From IMG/VR virus record IMGVR_UViG_3300014050_000006, positions 1 to 64,000 of that record: DNA of 64,000 nucleotides. One strand, given 5' to 3'. The notes beneath the pieces are model-generated. The model was given only the letters and a program-made list of their open reading frames with translations, searched no databases and was not told the DNA's origin. Of the stretch, positions 18,892-28,221 are shown one piece after another (the first letter of the stretch is position 1; each line of letters opens with the position of its first letter). Source of the DNA: a virus. A program made the position numbers and the translations under genes.

Positions 18892-19820
18892 AAACATTAT
18901 CGGCATCAAGAATTAAAACCCTTGAAACTTGTTCTTGGGTTTATTGGCTTAATTATCATGCCAAAGTTCCTCAATCCCAAAATGATGGAGCTTTAAGAGG
19001 CACTATTTGCCATACTGTTTTTGAATTACTTTTAAATAAAAGACATTTAAAAAATTATAAAAGAATCATTAAGAAAAATTCAATAGATGGCGATAAAGCT
19101 ATTGCAAGATTAGTCAAGAAGCTTGCTAAAAAAGTCGAATTAAAAGAAGATAATTACAAACTATTAAATGACATGATATTAGTTGGTCTTAAAAATGACT
19201 TCTTTGGAGAAGGAGGAGAAATAGTCAAGCCAGAGTACGAATTTGATATAACAAATGAAGAACCTAAATATCATATTAAGGGTTTTATAGATAAACCTAT
19301 TAAAATCAAAAAAGAAATGCATATAATTGATTATAAAAGCTCAAAATATAAGTTTAGGGGTGATGACCTTGAAGCTAATATTCAAGCTATGATGTATAGT
19401 CTTGCTAGTAAAAAATTATGGCCAAAATTAAAACCAATTGTTAAATTCTTATTTTTAAGATTTCCAAAACAACCAATACAAGAATTAACTTTCGATGATA
19501 ATCAACTTAAAGGATTTGAGCATTATTTACAACATATAAATGAATATGTTAATAATTTTGATCAAAATTCAGCTCAAGCAAATTTTGCAGCAGATAATGC
19601 TAAAAATAAATGGATGTGTCAAGTTGGTGGGTGGAAATGCCCATATAAAAATCCATATGAATATTATGTAAAAATAAATGACAAAGGTGAAATAATTGAA
19701 ACTAGCTTACAAAATGATTTTAAAAATATTAAAGGATTTAAAATAGAAACAAGAAAATATGAAGGATGTCCAAAATTTAACAATAAATCAGTATCTAAAG
19801 ATGACGACTTTTTAGATTGA
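18873..19820 (+). CDS. PD-(D/E)XK nuclease (RecB/AddB/Cas4-like)
   Basis: LSASRI....C, GT..H, GFID, IIDYKS, Q...Y, C-terminal Cys cluster. Confidence 0.85.
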   Translation: MEKQSLKTLSASRIKTLETCSWVYWLNYHAKVPQSQNDGALRGTICHTVFELLLNKRHLKNYKRIIKKNSIDGDKAIARLVKKLAKKVELKEDNYKLLNDMILVGLKNDFFGEGGEIVKPEYEFDITNEEPKYHIKGFIDKPIKIKKEMHIIDYKSSKYKFRGDDLEANIQAMMYSLASKKLWPKLKPIVKFLFLRFPKQPIQELTFDDNQLKGFEHYLQHINEYVNNFDQNSAQANFAADNAKNKWMCQVGGWKCPYKNPYEYYVKINDKGEIIETSLQNDFKNIKGFKIETRKYEGCPKFNNKSVSKDDDFLD

Positions 19821-19845
19821 CATATTAATATATTATATATATAAT
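19817..19845 (+). promoter_or_regulatory. consensus sigma70 promoter
   Basis: TTGACA-17-TATAAT, 6 nt before ATG 19852. Confidence 0.8.
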
Positions 19846-19851
19846 AGCCCA

Positions 19852-20616
19852 ATGGAAGTATTACCAGTTTTTAAGTCTCATTATAGTATAGGCAGATCAA
19901 TTCTTACTTTAGAAGATGAAGATATTTCTGAAAATGATCCAGATTCAATTATTGACATAGCTAAAAAGAATAACATAAAAGATTTATTTTTAATTGAAGA
20001 TAATATGTCTTCTTTTCTTCAAGCGTATACTAATTCCAAAAAAAATAATATTAATTTAAGATATGGATTAAGATTATCAATTAATGACAATATAGAAGAT
20101 AAAACAGAAGAATCAAGGAGTAAAACATCAAAAATAGTTATATTTTTTAAAACTAATGAAGGTTATACTAGACTTATTAAAATCTTCACAGAAGCAGCGA
20201 AAAATGGATTTTATTATGAACCAAGAATTGATTACAAAACATTAGAAAAAATGTGGTCAGATAATGATTTGATGCTTTGTGTTCCATTTTATGATTCTTT
20301 TATTTTCAACAATACTTTAAAAAATTCTATTTGTATTCCAAATTTCAACTTTACTAAACCAGTAATGCTTTTAGAAAATAATTGTCTTCCTTTTAATTCT
20401 CTTATAAAAGAAAAAGTAATTAAATATGCCGAGGCAAACAAATTAGAAGTTTTAAATGTTAAAAGTATTTATTATAAAACAAAGAAAGATTTTAAATCTT
20501 ATCTTACTTTTAGATGCATTAATAATAGAACAACCTTAAATAAGCCAGAACTAAATCATATGAGCAGCGATGAATTTTGTTTTGATTCTTGGAAAGAACA
20601 AGTAAATGTTAATTAA
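19852..20616 (+). CDS. stand-alone PHP domain of DNA polymerase III alpha
   Basis: SHYS, K.NEGY..LIKI...A...GFYYEPRID..L: DnaE N-terminal PHP features with the metal His residues largely lost. Confidence 0.8.
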   Translation: MEVLPVFKSHYSIGRSILTLEDEDISENDPDSIIDIAKKNNIKDLFLIEDNMSSFLQAYTNSKKNNINLRYGLRLSINDNIEDKTEESRSKTSKIVIFFKTNEGYTRLIKIFTEAAKNGFYYEPRIDYKTLEKMWSDNDLMLCVPFYDSFIFNNTLKNSICIPNFNFTKPVMLLENNCLPFNSLIKEKVIKYAEANKLEVLNVKSIYYKTKKDFKSYLTFRCINNRTTLNKPELNHMSSDEFCFDSWKEQVNVN

Positions 20617-21079
20617 AAAATTAACTATTAATGGCACTAAAGCTATCCAAAGAGAAGATCGAGAGGATAGGCTTAGAGATTATAAACAATGGATTTATGA
20701 TCAACCTAAACTATATGCATCTGATATTGACCAAATTGAATGGGGCTACCAAAATGGCGAAGAAGAACCAGTAGCAGTTCTTGAATTAACGAGAATTGAT
20801 AGAGAATTTAGACCCTCAGATAAATATTTTGAAGCAATTATTCATAGATTTTTTGTTAGAGATACTCAAGCCAGAAGAATTATAAAAGTTGCAAAAAGAT
20901 TAGGAGTCGAAGCATATATTGTTGCTTTTTTACAAGATCTTTCTGGATTTTCTATGTATAATCTTTGCAAACAAGATGGATGGAAGCATATTTCTCCACA
21001 AGAATATTTAAATTGGCATTATCAAATAAGAGGATTAAATGGATTTATTAAAACAAATACAGATCCATTTTTAGATTAA
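20606..21079 (+). CDS. hypothetical protein, possibly degenerate PD-(D/E)XK fold
   Basis: SDID.IEW.....PVAVLEL, Q......A..LGV.AYIV. Confidence 0.55.
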   Translation: MLIKKLTINGTKAIQREDREDRLRDYKQWIYDQPKLYASDIDQIEWGYQNGEEEPVAVLELTRIDREFRPSDKYFEAIIHRFFVRDTQARRIIKVAKRLGVEAYIVAFLQDLSGFSMYNLCKQDGWKHISPQEYLNWHYQIRGLNGFIKTNTDPFLD

Positions 21080-21080
21080 T

Positions 21081-21719
21081 ATGGACGAGCATCTTTTAAG
21101 ATATAATAAAAATAAGACTTTTGTTTTTATTGATTTAGAAACATTTAATCTTTGCTTAAACTTTTGCCATAATCTTCCTTGGCAAATTGGACTTATTAAA
21201 GCTAAAGGTGATTTTAAAGTTGATAGTAAAAATTTTTATATTAAATGGGATACAGACTTAAAAATAAGCGATGATGCAGCTAGAATTACAAGATATGATC
21301 ATAAAAGAGTTCAAAAAGAAGGTTTGAATATCAAAGACGCTTTTCCAACAATTAAAGATTGGTTAGATCACGCTGATTATATAGTTGGTCATAATATTTT
21401 AGGTTTCGATATTTATTTGATAAAAGAGCTTTATAAAATAATGGGATGCCATTATGAACATTTATCTAAAAAAATAATTGATACAAATTGTATTGCTAGA
21501 GGTATTAAATATGGAACTCCATATAAATCTGACATGAATTTATTAGAATATCAATATAAAATTTATCATACTAAAAAGAAAAATATAAAAAGCTCATTGA
21601 CAGCTTTAGGAAAAGAGAATAATATAGATCATGATTACGAAAAACTCCATGATGCTATTAATGATCTTGACTTAAACTTAAAAGTATGGAATAAATTGAA
21701 ATGGCAAGTAGAGGTATAA
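21081..21719 (+). CDS. DnaQ-like DEDDh 3'-5' exonuclease
   Basis: FIDLET (ExoI), GHNILGFD (ExoII), HDAIND (ExoIII). Confidence 0.88.
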   Translation: MDEHLLRYNKNKTFVFIDLETFNLCLNFCHNLPWQIGLIKAKGDFKVDSKNFYIKWDTDLKISDDAARITRYDHKRVQKEGLNIKDAFPTIKDWLDHADYIVGHNILGFDIYLIKELYKIMGCHYEHLSKKIIDTNCIARGIKYGTPYKSDMNLLEYQYKIYHTKKKNIKSSLTALGKENNIDHDYEKLHDAINDLDLNLKVWNKLKWQVEV

Positions 21720-21720
21720 T

Positions 21721-21945
21721 ATGGCATCATTAGACGATGTATACGACATGACGCAAAAATTAGAAGATAATAACATCGAATATCTTTTAATTACAATCAC
21801 TAAAGGTAAAAAACAAGGTAAAGCTGATGTATTTTATTATCTTAAAAATGCAGAATCTATGAGAGTTCTAGCTAAAGGTTTAGAAGCATTTAATCAAGAA
21901 ATAGATAATATAGAAAGAGACGAAAACTCAGATGATGAATCTTAA
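21721..21945 (+). CDS. small acidic hypothetical protein
   Basis: 74-aa ORF packed between the exonuclease and dnaE. Confidence 0.6.
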   Translation: MASLDDVYDMTQKLEDNNIEYLLITITKGKKQGKADVFYYLKNAESMRVLAKGLEAFNQEIDNIERDENSDDES

Positions 21946-24499
21946 TGATTTTACAAAAAATTTTGCTGAAATTGATCTTCCTTTGCATGGAGTAAGATTG
22001 CCAGAATTTAGTATAGATAATCTATATAAACATAAAGTAGAAATCAGTGAAGATTCGTCAAACTATGATTTCTTGAGAGCTTTATCTTTAAAAGGTTTTA
22101 AAGATTTAAATATTAAAAAAGATTCACCAGAATATAAGAAATATATTGATAGAGCTAAATATGAATTAGATACTTTAAAGGAACTAGGATTTATTGATTA
22201 TATATTATTAGTTTGGGATGTTATTAATTATTGTAAAGAACATGATATTCCAGTTGGTCTTGGTAGAGGGTCAGCGGCAGGATCATTAATTTTATATCTA
22301 ATTGGAGTAACTAGAATTGATCCAGTTAGATACAACCTTTATTTTGAAAGATTTATATCCAAGATTCGAGCTAAAAAGCAGGTTGTTGATGGAATAACCT
22401 ATTTAGATGGTAGTTTGATGTGTGACGTTGATTTGGATATTTGTTATTACAATAGACCTAAAGTATTACAATATTTAGAAGAAAAATTTAAAGGTAAAAC
22501 TAGTAAAATTTTAACATTAAATACTCTTAGCGGAAAACTATTAATTAAAGAATGTGGCAAAATTATTGATGAAAAATCTGAACAGGAAATGACTGAAATA
22601 TCATCTCTAATTCCTAAAGTATTCGGTCAAGTAAAAGATATTTCAATTGCTTACGAAGAAGTGCCAAAATTCAAAGATTGGTGTGATGCAAATAAAGAAA
22701 TCTATCAAATAGCTTTAAAATTAAGAAATCTTATTAAGAATAAAGGAGTACATCCATCTGGAGTATTACTATCTTATGATTATTTAGAGAACGCTTGCCC
22801 AACAGAATTGTCAAGCGATAAAGAGGCTGTTTCTAGCTTTGACATGAGTTGGGTAAGTTTATTTAATATCAAACTTGATATTCTAGGTTTGAGAAGTGTT
22901 TCAGTTGTAGATGATGTTTGTAAAAGCATTGATAGAAAAGTTACGGATATTGATTTGAATGATGAATCAATATATAGAAATCTTCAAGATTTAAGATCAC
23001 CACACGGGTTATTTCAAATTGAAGCAGATACAAATTTTAGAGTATGTCAAAAAGTTAAACCTAAAAATCTAGAAGAACTGAGTGGAGTTTTAGCACTTGC
23101 AAGACCTGGAGCATTACAATTTGTAGATAAATATGCTGCTCATACAAACTTTCAACAATCCGAAAGTATTCACCCATTTTTTGATGATATTCTAAAAGAT
23201 ACTGGTGGGGTTGCATTGTATCAAGAGCAATTAATGCAAATGGCTCATAAAATTGGTTTTACATTAGACGAAGCAGAAATTTTGAGAAGAATCGTTGGAA
23301 AAAAGAAAACTGAAGAAATTAAAGAATGGCAATCAAAAATTAAGCAAAAAATAAAAACTAATAAACTTGCAAAAGAAGTAGGAGACATCCTTTGGAAGAT
23401 CATGGAAGATTCTGCTAATTATTCATTTAATAAATCTCATTCACTAGCTTATGCAGCTTTAGCAGCAGTTACAGTCTACTTAAAATTTAATTATCCTCAA
23501 CAATTCTTTTTGTCTTTATTGAAGATGACTCGTCATGAACCAGATCCAATTGGAGAAATTTCTAAGATTCAAAAAGAAATGGCATCTTTTGGAATCAAAC
23601 TTTTAAGACCACATGTTATTAAATCTGAAATGGACTTCTCAATTGAAGGCCAAGATATTAGATTTGGTTTACTTTCTGTAAAAGGAATTTCTGATAAATC
23701 AATTGAAAAGTTAAATAGTTTTCGAAATAAATATTCAAATAAGTTTGAAATTTTTCAAGCAGCAGAAGAAGCAGATTTAAATATAGGAGTACTATGCTCT
23801 TTGATTCAAGCTGGAGCATTAACTGGATTTAAACAAAGTAGAAGCAAAATCGTATTAGAGGCTCAACTTTGGAATATTTTAACCACTAAAGAAAAAAGAT
23901 ATGTTATTTCATTTGCTGAAAAGTTTGATCATGATTTGATTAAGATTATTAAACATTTAAATACTTTTACAGATGAAAAAAATAAAGTAATTATTAAAGG
24001 TTCTAGATTAGAAACAATCAAAAGTAAATACGAGCCTTATCTTAAAATTTATAATCAAAATAGTAAAAGCGAAAGTTTCGCTAATTGGTATTATGAGAAA
24101 AGACTTCTTGGTTATACTTATGAAAAATCATTAAAAGATATCTTTATAGAAAAGAAAGAAGATTTAATGACTATTAGCGAAATTCTAGATTTACCAGTTA
24201 ATTCTAAAGTCGCATTTGTTGCGGAAATCATGGATAGTTATTCTGGCACTTCTAAAAATGAAAAGAAAACTAGATTTTTAAGATTAAATACTGGTGATGA
24301 AACTGGTAATATTAATGTTTTATTATTTAATGATAAAATAGATAATAATAAAACTTTGAATAAAGATAAGAATTTTGAAGAAAAAAATATTGTTATATTT
24401 AAAGGAATTAAAAAAGAAGATTGTATATTTGCAGATATTGCAGCAATTCAAGATCATCAAATTTATATGAAATTAAGTGAACTTAAGAGAAGTTCTTGA
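21932..24499 (+). CDS. dnaE: DNA polymerase III alpha catalytic core (lacks PHP domain)
   Basis: GRGSAAGSL, FERF, DVDLD, KLDILGL, RPG, YQEQ.M, YSFNKSH, IRFGL...KGI, OB-like C-terminus. Confidence 0.93.
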   Translation: MMNLNDFTKNFAEIDLPLHGVRLPEFSIDNLYKHKVEISEDSSNYDFLRALSLKGFKDLNIKKDSPEYKKYIDRAKYELDTLKELGFIDYILLVWDVINYCKEHDIPVGLGRGSAAGSLILYLIGVTRIDPVRYNLYFERFISKIRAKKQVVDGITYLDGSLMCDVDLDICYYNRPKVLQYLEEKFKGKTSKILTLNTLSGKLLIKECGKIIDEKSEQEMTEISSLIPKVFGQVKDISIAYEEVPKFKDWCDANKEIYQIALKLRNLIKNKGVHPSGVLLSYDYLENACPTELSSDKEAVSSFDMSWVSLFNIKLDILGLRSVSVVDDVCKSIDRKVTDIDLNDESIYRNLQDLRSPHGLFQIEADTNFRVCQKVKPKNLEELSGVLALARPGALQFVDKYAAHTNFQQSESIHPFFDDILKDTGGVALYQEQLMQMAHKIGFTLDEAEILRRIVGKKKTEEIKEWQSKIKQKIKTNKLAKEVGDILWKIMEDSANYSFNKSHSLAYAALAAVTVYLKFNYPQQFFLSLLKMTRHEPDPIGEISKIQKEMASFGIKLLRPHVIKSEMDFSIEGQDIRFGLLSVKGISDKSIEKLNSFRNKYSNKFEIFQAAEEADLNIGVLCSLIQAGALTGFKQSRSKIVLEAQLWNILTTKEKRYVISFAEKFDHDLIKIIKHLNTFTDEKNKVIIKGSRLETIKSKYEPYLKIYNQNSKSESFANWYYEKRLLGYTYEKSLKDIFIEKKEDLMTISEILDLPVNSKVAFVAEIMDSYSGTSKNEKKTRFLRLNTGDETGNINVLLFNDKIDNNKTLNKDKNFEEKNIVIFKGIKKEDCIFADIAAIQDHQIYMKLSELKRSS

Positions 24500-24509
24500 T
24501 ATAAAATAT

Positions 24510-24538
24510 TTGACATTCATTAATAACTATGGTATTAT
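24510..24538 (+). promoter_or_regulatory. sigma70-type promoter with extended -10
   Basis: TTGACA-17-TATTAT with TGn, 6 nt before ATG 24545. Confidence 0.75.
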
Positions 24539-24544
24539 CTCAAT

Positions 24545-25099
24545 ATGATATCATTTTATAAACCTAATAGTAAAAATACAGGAACTGCCTGTAGTTTCAC
24601 AGTAAACTCAAAAGATGCTTCAATTTGGGGGTCTTTAATTAAACAAAGCTCATGGAATGAAGCTAAGAAAATTGGTTCTTTTTCAAGCAACCAAAATAAT
24701 CCTAATAAAAGTGTTAAAGTTAAATTTTCTTTAACAGAAGCAGCTGGTATTCTAGATGCAATTGAAAGAAATGCCGAATTTTCTGCATATCATACTTCTG
24801 ACAAACAAACTACCAGAATTAAATTTTGCCCATACATTCGAGAAGATAAACAAGTTGGATTCTCATATTCCGTAAATAAAGAAGATAAACAAAATAGCGA
24901 AAATAAACAATCATATCTAATTGGTTTTTATTTTAATGAAGCTAGACTTATTAAAGAATTTTTATCTTATGCTTTGAATTCAGTATTTGAAGCTCAAAGA
25001 ATTGAAACAATTAAAAATCTAAAAAATTCTAAAAAAGAACAACCAGAAACTCCAACTACAGAAAGCTCTGATAATCAAGAAGATAGCGAACTTTGGTAG
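24545..25099 (+). CDS. putative ssDNA-binding protein (Whirly/PC4-like)
   Basis: Two beta-sheet+helix halves (F.L.EA..I / F..NEA.LI); acidic tail ending EDSELW; follows dnaE. Confidence 0.5.
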   Translation: MISFYKPNSKNTGTACSFTVNSKDASIWGSLIKQSSWNEAKKIGSFSSNQNNPNKSVKVKFSLTEAAGILDAIERNAEFSAYHTSDKQTTRIKFCPYIREDKQVGFSYSVNKEDKQNSENKQSYLIGFYFNEARLIKEFLSYALNSVFEAQRIETIKNLKNSKKEQPETPTTESSDNQEDSELW

Positions 25100-25103
25100 T
25101 TGA

Positions 25104-27017
25104 ATGAAGAAAAAGAAACTATTATATCAATCTGATTTTAGTTTAGCCAAGACAGGCTTTGGAAGAGCAGCCAAAGCTCTTCTCTCTTATCTATATAAAA
25201 CTGGTAAATATGATATAACTCACTATTCTTGTGGTTTACCTTACGTTCATCCAGAATTCGAAAGAACTCCATGGAAAACTGTTGGATCATTACCAAATAA
25301 TCCTCAAGAACTTCAAGAATTAAATAAAGATCCTAATGTAGCTAGACTAGCTAGTTATGGCGCACATTATTTAGACAAAGTTATTCAAGAAGAAAAACCA
25401 GACGTATATATTGCAGTTCAAGATATTTGGGGTATAGATTTTGCTGTAGAAAAAAAATGGTTTAATAAAATAACTTCTGTATTGTGGACGACACTAGATT
25501 CATTACCTATTTTGCCAGCTGCTCTTACAAAAGCTAATAAAATTAAAAATTATTGGATTTGGAGTAATTTTGCTACAAAAGCAATGCATGAACTTGGTCA
25601 TACTCATGTTAAAACTATGCATGGACCAATTGAAACTAAAAACTTTTATAGATTAGAAAATTCCAAAAGAGAAGAACTCAGAAAAAAATTTAATATTCCA
25701 TTAGATGCATTTATAGTAGGATTCGTTTTTAGAAATCAATTAAGGAAAAGCGTTCCTAATCTTTTAGAAGGATATGCTCTTTGGAAGAAATCTAATCCTC
25801 AAATCAAAAATACTTATTTACTTCTTCATACTCATTGGGGAGAAGGATGGAATATTCATAGGTTAGCTCAAGAATATGGAATTAATCCAAATGAAATTTT
25901 AACAACTTATGTTTGCAGAAATTGTGGAAATTACGAAGTAAAACCATTTCATGGATCAGAAGTAGATTGCAGATTCTGCAACACTCAAAAATCTCAAATT
26001 ACTACTAATGTTAGTTTAGGAGTTACAGAAGATCAATTAAATGAAGTATACAATTTAATGGATGTTTATTGTCATCCTTTTACAAGTGGTGGACAAGAAA
26101 TCCCAATTCAAGAAGCAAAACTTACCGAACTTATTACTTTAGTAACAAATTATTCTTGTGGAGAGGAAATGTGTGAACCAGAAGCAGGATCATTTGAATT
26201 AGATTGGTCCGAATATAGAGAGCATGGAACAGAATTTAAAAAAGCATCTACTAAACCATCTTCAATAGCGAAACAATTAAATAAAGTTTATAATATGCCA
26301 GTTCAAAAAAGAAGAGAAATGGGTAGAAAAGCTAGAGAATGGACTATAGATAATTTTTCGGTAGAAGTAATTGGTAAAATGATAGAAGATTTTATTGATA
26401 ATGCTCCAGAATCAAATTATGATTTCTCTACAAAAGAAGAAGAAAAAGACCCATATTTTAAAATACCAGATATAGAAAATGATTCTGAATGGATTATTTC
26501 TTTATATAAAAATATTTTAAAAATGAAAGAAATTAATCAAAATGATGAAGGATATAAATATTGGATGCAGGAGATATCAAAAGGCGCAAAACGAATTGAT
26601 ATAGAAAATTATTTTAGAAAGATTGCTCAACAAGAAAATCAAAAAAATAAACAAATTAGTTTTGAAGAATTATTAGGAGAAGGTTCTCCAGAAGATAGGA
26701 TTTTATATGTAATGCCAGATTCTATTGGAGATATATTTTTATCCACAAGTTTATTTAAATCTATTAAAAAACAATATCCAAATAAAAAATTATATGTTGC
26801 TACAAATCCACAGAATTTTTCAGTTTTGGATGGAAATCCTTATGTACATAAAGTAATTCAATATATTCCACAAATGGATCAATTAATGTGGTTGGAAGGA
26901 ATTGGAGACCATAAAGGATTTTTTGAAATAGCATTTCTTCCACATGCATTAACTCAAAGGATTTTAACTTATGTACATAATGGTAAAACTAATATAGAAA
27001 TGGAGATTAAAAACTAA
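25104..27017 (+). CDS. multidomain glycosyltransferase (GT4-like + Zn ribbon + DUF4214-like + GT9 N-terminal)
   Basis: TGFG, RNQLRK, YNLMDVY.HP..SGGQEIP..EA; CxxC...CxxC; LY..IL....DEG..YW; SIGD...NPYV. Confidence 0.8.
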   Translation: MKKKKLLYQSDFSLAKTGFGRAAKALLSYLYKTGKYDITHYSCGLPYVHPEFERTPWKTVGSLPNNPQELQELNKDPNVARLASYGAHYLDKVIQEEKPDVYIAVQDIWGIDFAVEKKWFNKITSVLWTTLDSLPILPAALTKANKIKNYWIWSNFATKAMHELGHTHVKTMHGPIETKNFYRLENSKREELRKKFNIPLDAFIVGFVFRNQLRKSVPNLLEGYALWKKSNPQIKNTYLLLHTHWGEGWNIHRLAQEYGINPNEILTTYVCRNCGNYEVKPFHGSEVDCRFCNTQKSQITTNVSLGVTEDQLNEVYNLMDVYCHPFTSGGQEIPIQEAKLTELITLVTNYSCGEEMCEPEAGSFELDWSEYREHGTEFKKASTKPSSIAKQLNKVYNMPVQKRREMGRKAREWTIDNFSVEVIGKMIEDFIDNAPESNYDFSTKEEEKDPYFKIPDIENDSEWIISLYKNILKMKEINQNDEGYKYWMQEISKGAKRIDIENYFRKIAQQENQKNKQISFEELLGEGSPEDRILYVMPDSIGDIFLSTSLFKSIKKQYPNKKLYVATNPQNFSVLDGNPYVHKVIQYIPQMDQLMWLEGIGDHKGFFEIAFLPHALTQRILTYVHNGKTNIEMEIKN

Positions 27018-28201
27018 TGCATCTAATAGAAGCTTACGCCTTATCTTGTGGAGTTAAAATAGATAAACCATTTATTTTAGAATCATTTTTTCCACTACCT
27101 TTTGAAAAATATATATCTTTTCAACCTTTTAGTAAGCCATCTAAAAATTATGATTATTGGCAAGAAGTAATTAATTTAATTCTGCCTCATTTAATTGAAA
27201 ATAATATTAATATAGTTCAAATAGGTGCAGATAAAGAGCCCATTTTACAAAATTGTTATAGTGTAGTTGGCCAAACAGATATTAAACAAGCTGCTTATAT
27301 TATTAAAAATTCATTACTTCATCTAGGAGCAGACAGTTTTGGTGCGCATATTGCGTCTGGATATGGTAAAAAAATAGTAGCATTATATAGTAATAATAAT
27401 ATAAATAATGTAAAACCTTATTGGTCAAAAGAAGAAGATATAATCTTATTAGAACCAAAAAGAAATAACAAACCAAATTATTCATTTGATGAAAATCCAA
27501 AAAGTATAAATAGTATTAAACCAGAAGAAATCGCTAAATCTATTTTAAAACTACTTGGTATAGATAATAATTTTGAAATAATGCAAACTATTTATACTGG
27601 AAAATTATATAACAATAAAATTTTTCACATTGTTCCTAACCATATAGTAGAAAGGAATGCTACGATTAATCATTGTGTAGTTAGAATGGATTTAGATTTT
27701 AATGAAGAAAATCTAAATCAACAATTAAAACTGATGCCATGTATTATTGCTTCTAATAGACCAATAAATTTAAATATTTTAAAAGAAAATAAACAAAATA
27801 TTTTAGGCATAAATTACTTTATAGAAGATGAGACTAGTATCAATTTTATTAGAGATATTAAAAATTTAAGTATTAAATATCAATTATATTCTTATTTACC
27901 TAAAGAAAAAATAAATGATTATAAATTAACTTATATTGATTATGGCATTATAATTAATATTTCATTAAAGCATTCAGAAATTGAAAATAATATAAAACAA
28001 TACATGGATAAAAAAATATTTTATAAATCAAATAATTTGATATTGAGTAGAGGTGAAGTATTTTTAAGTGAAAAAGCCTTTTTTGATAATAAACCAGTTA
28101 AAAATATTAATGAAAATATTCAAGAATTTTACGATATTAATATATTAAATGAAAATCCAGAAAAATTTTATATATTCACAATGGACTTGACAAAAGGATA
28201 A
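27017..28201 (+). CDS. glycosyltransferase family 9-like protein
   Basis: KNYDYW..V, IVQIG, HLGADSFGAHIASGYGK, I.PEEI. Confidence 0.75.
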   Translation: MHLIEAYALSCGVKIDKPFILESFFPLPFEKYISFQPFSKPSKNYDYWQEVINLILPHLIENNINIVQIGADKEPILQNCYSVVGQTDIKQAAYIIKNSLLHLGADSFGAHIASGYGKKIVALYSNNNINNVKPYWSKEEDIILLEPKRNNKPNYSFDENPKSINSIKPEEIAKSILKLLGIDNNFEIMQTIYTGKLYNNKIFHIVPNHIVERNATINHCVVRMDLDFNEENLNQQLKLMPCIIASNRPINLNILKENKQNILGINYFIEDETSINFIRDIKNLSIKYQLYSYLPKEKINDYKLTYIDYGIIINISLKHSEIENNIKQYMDKKIFYKSNNLILSRGEVFLSEKAFFDNKPVKNINENIQEFYDINILNENPEKFYIFTMDLTKG

Positions 28202-28215
28202 ATATCGATTATCAT
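28187..28215 (+). promoter_or_regulatory. sigma70-type promoter
   Basis: TTGACA-17-TATCAT, 6 nt before ATG 28222. Confidence 0.7.
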
Positions 28216-28221
28216 CATAAA

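Noticed and set aside
18873-19820. Cas4-like nuclease as part of a CRISPR system
   Set aside because: No array or other cas genes; sits in the replication block like ordinary phage exonucleases
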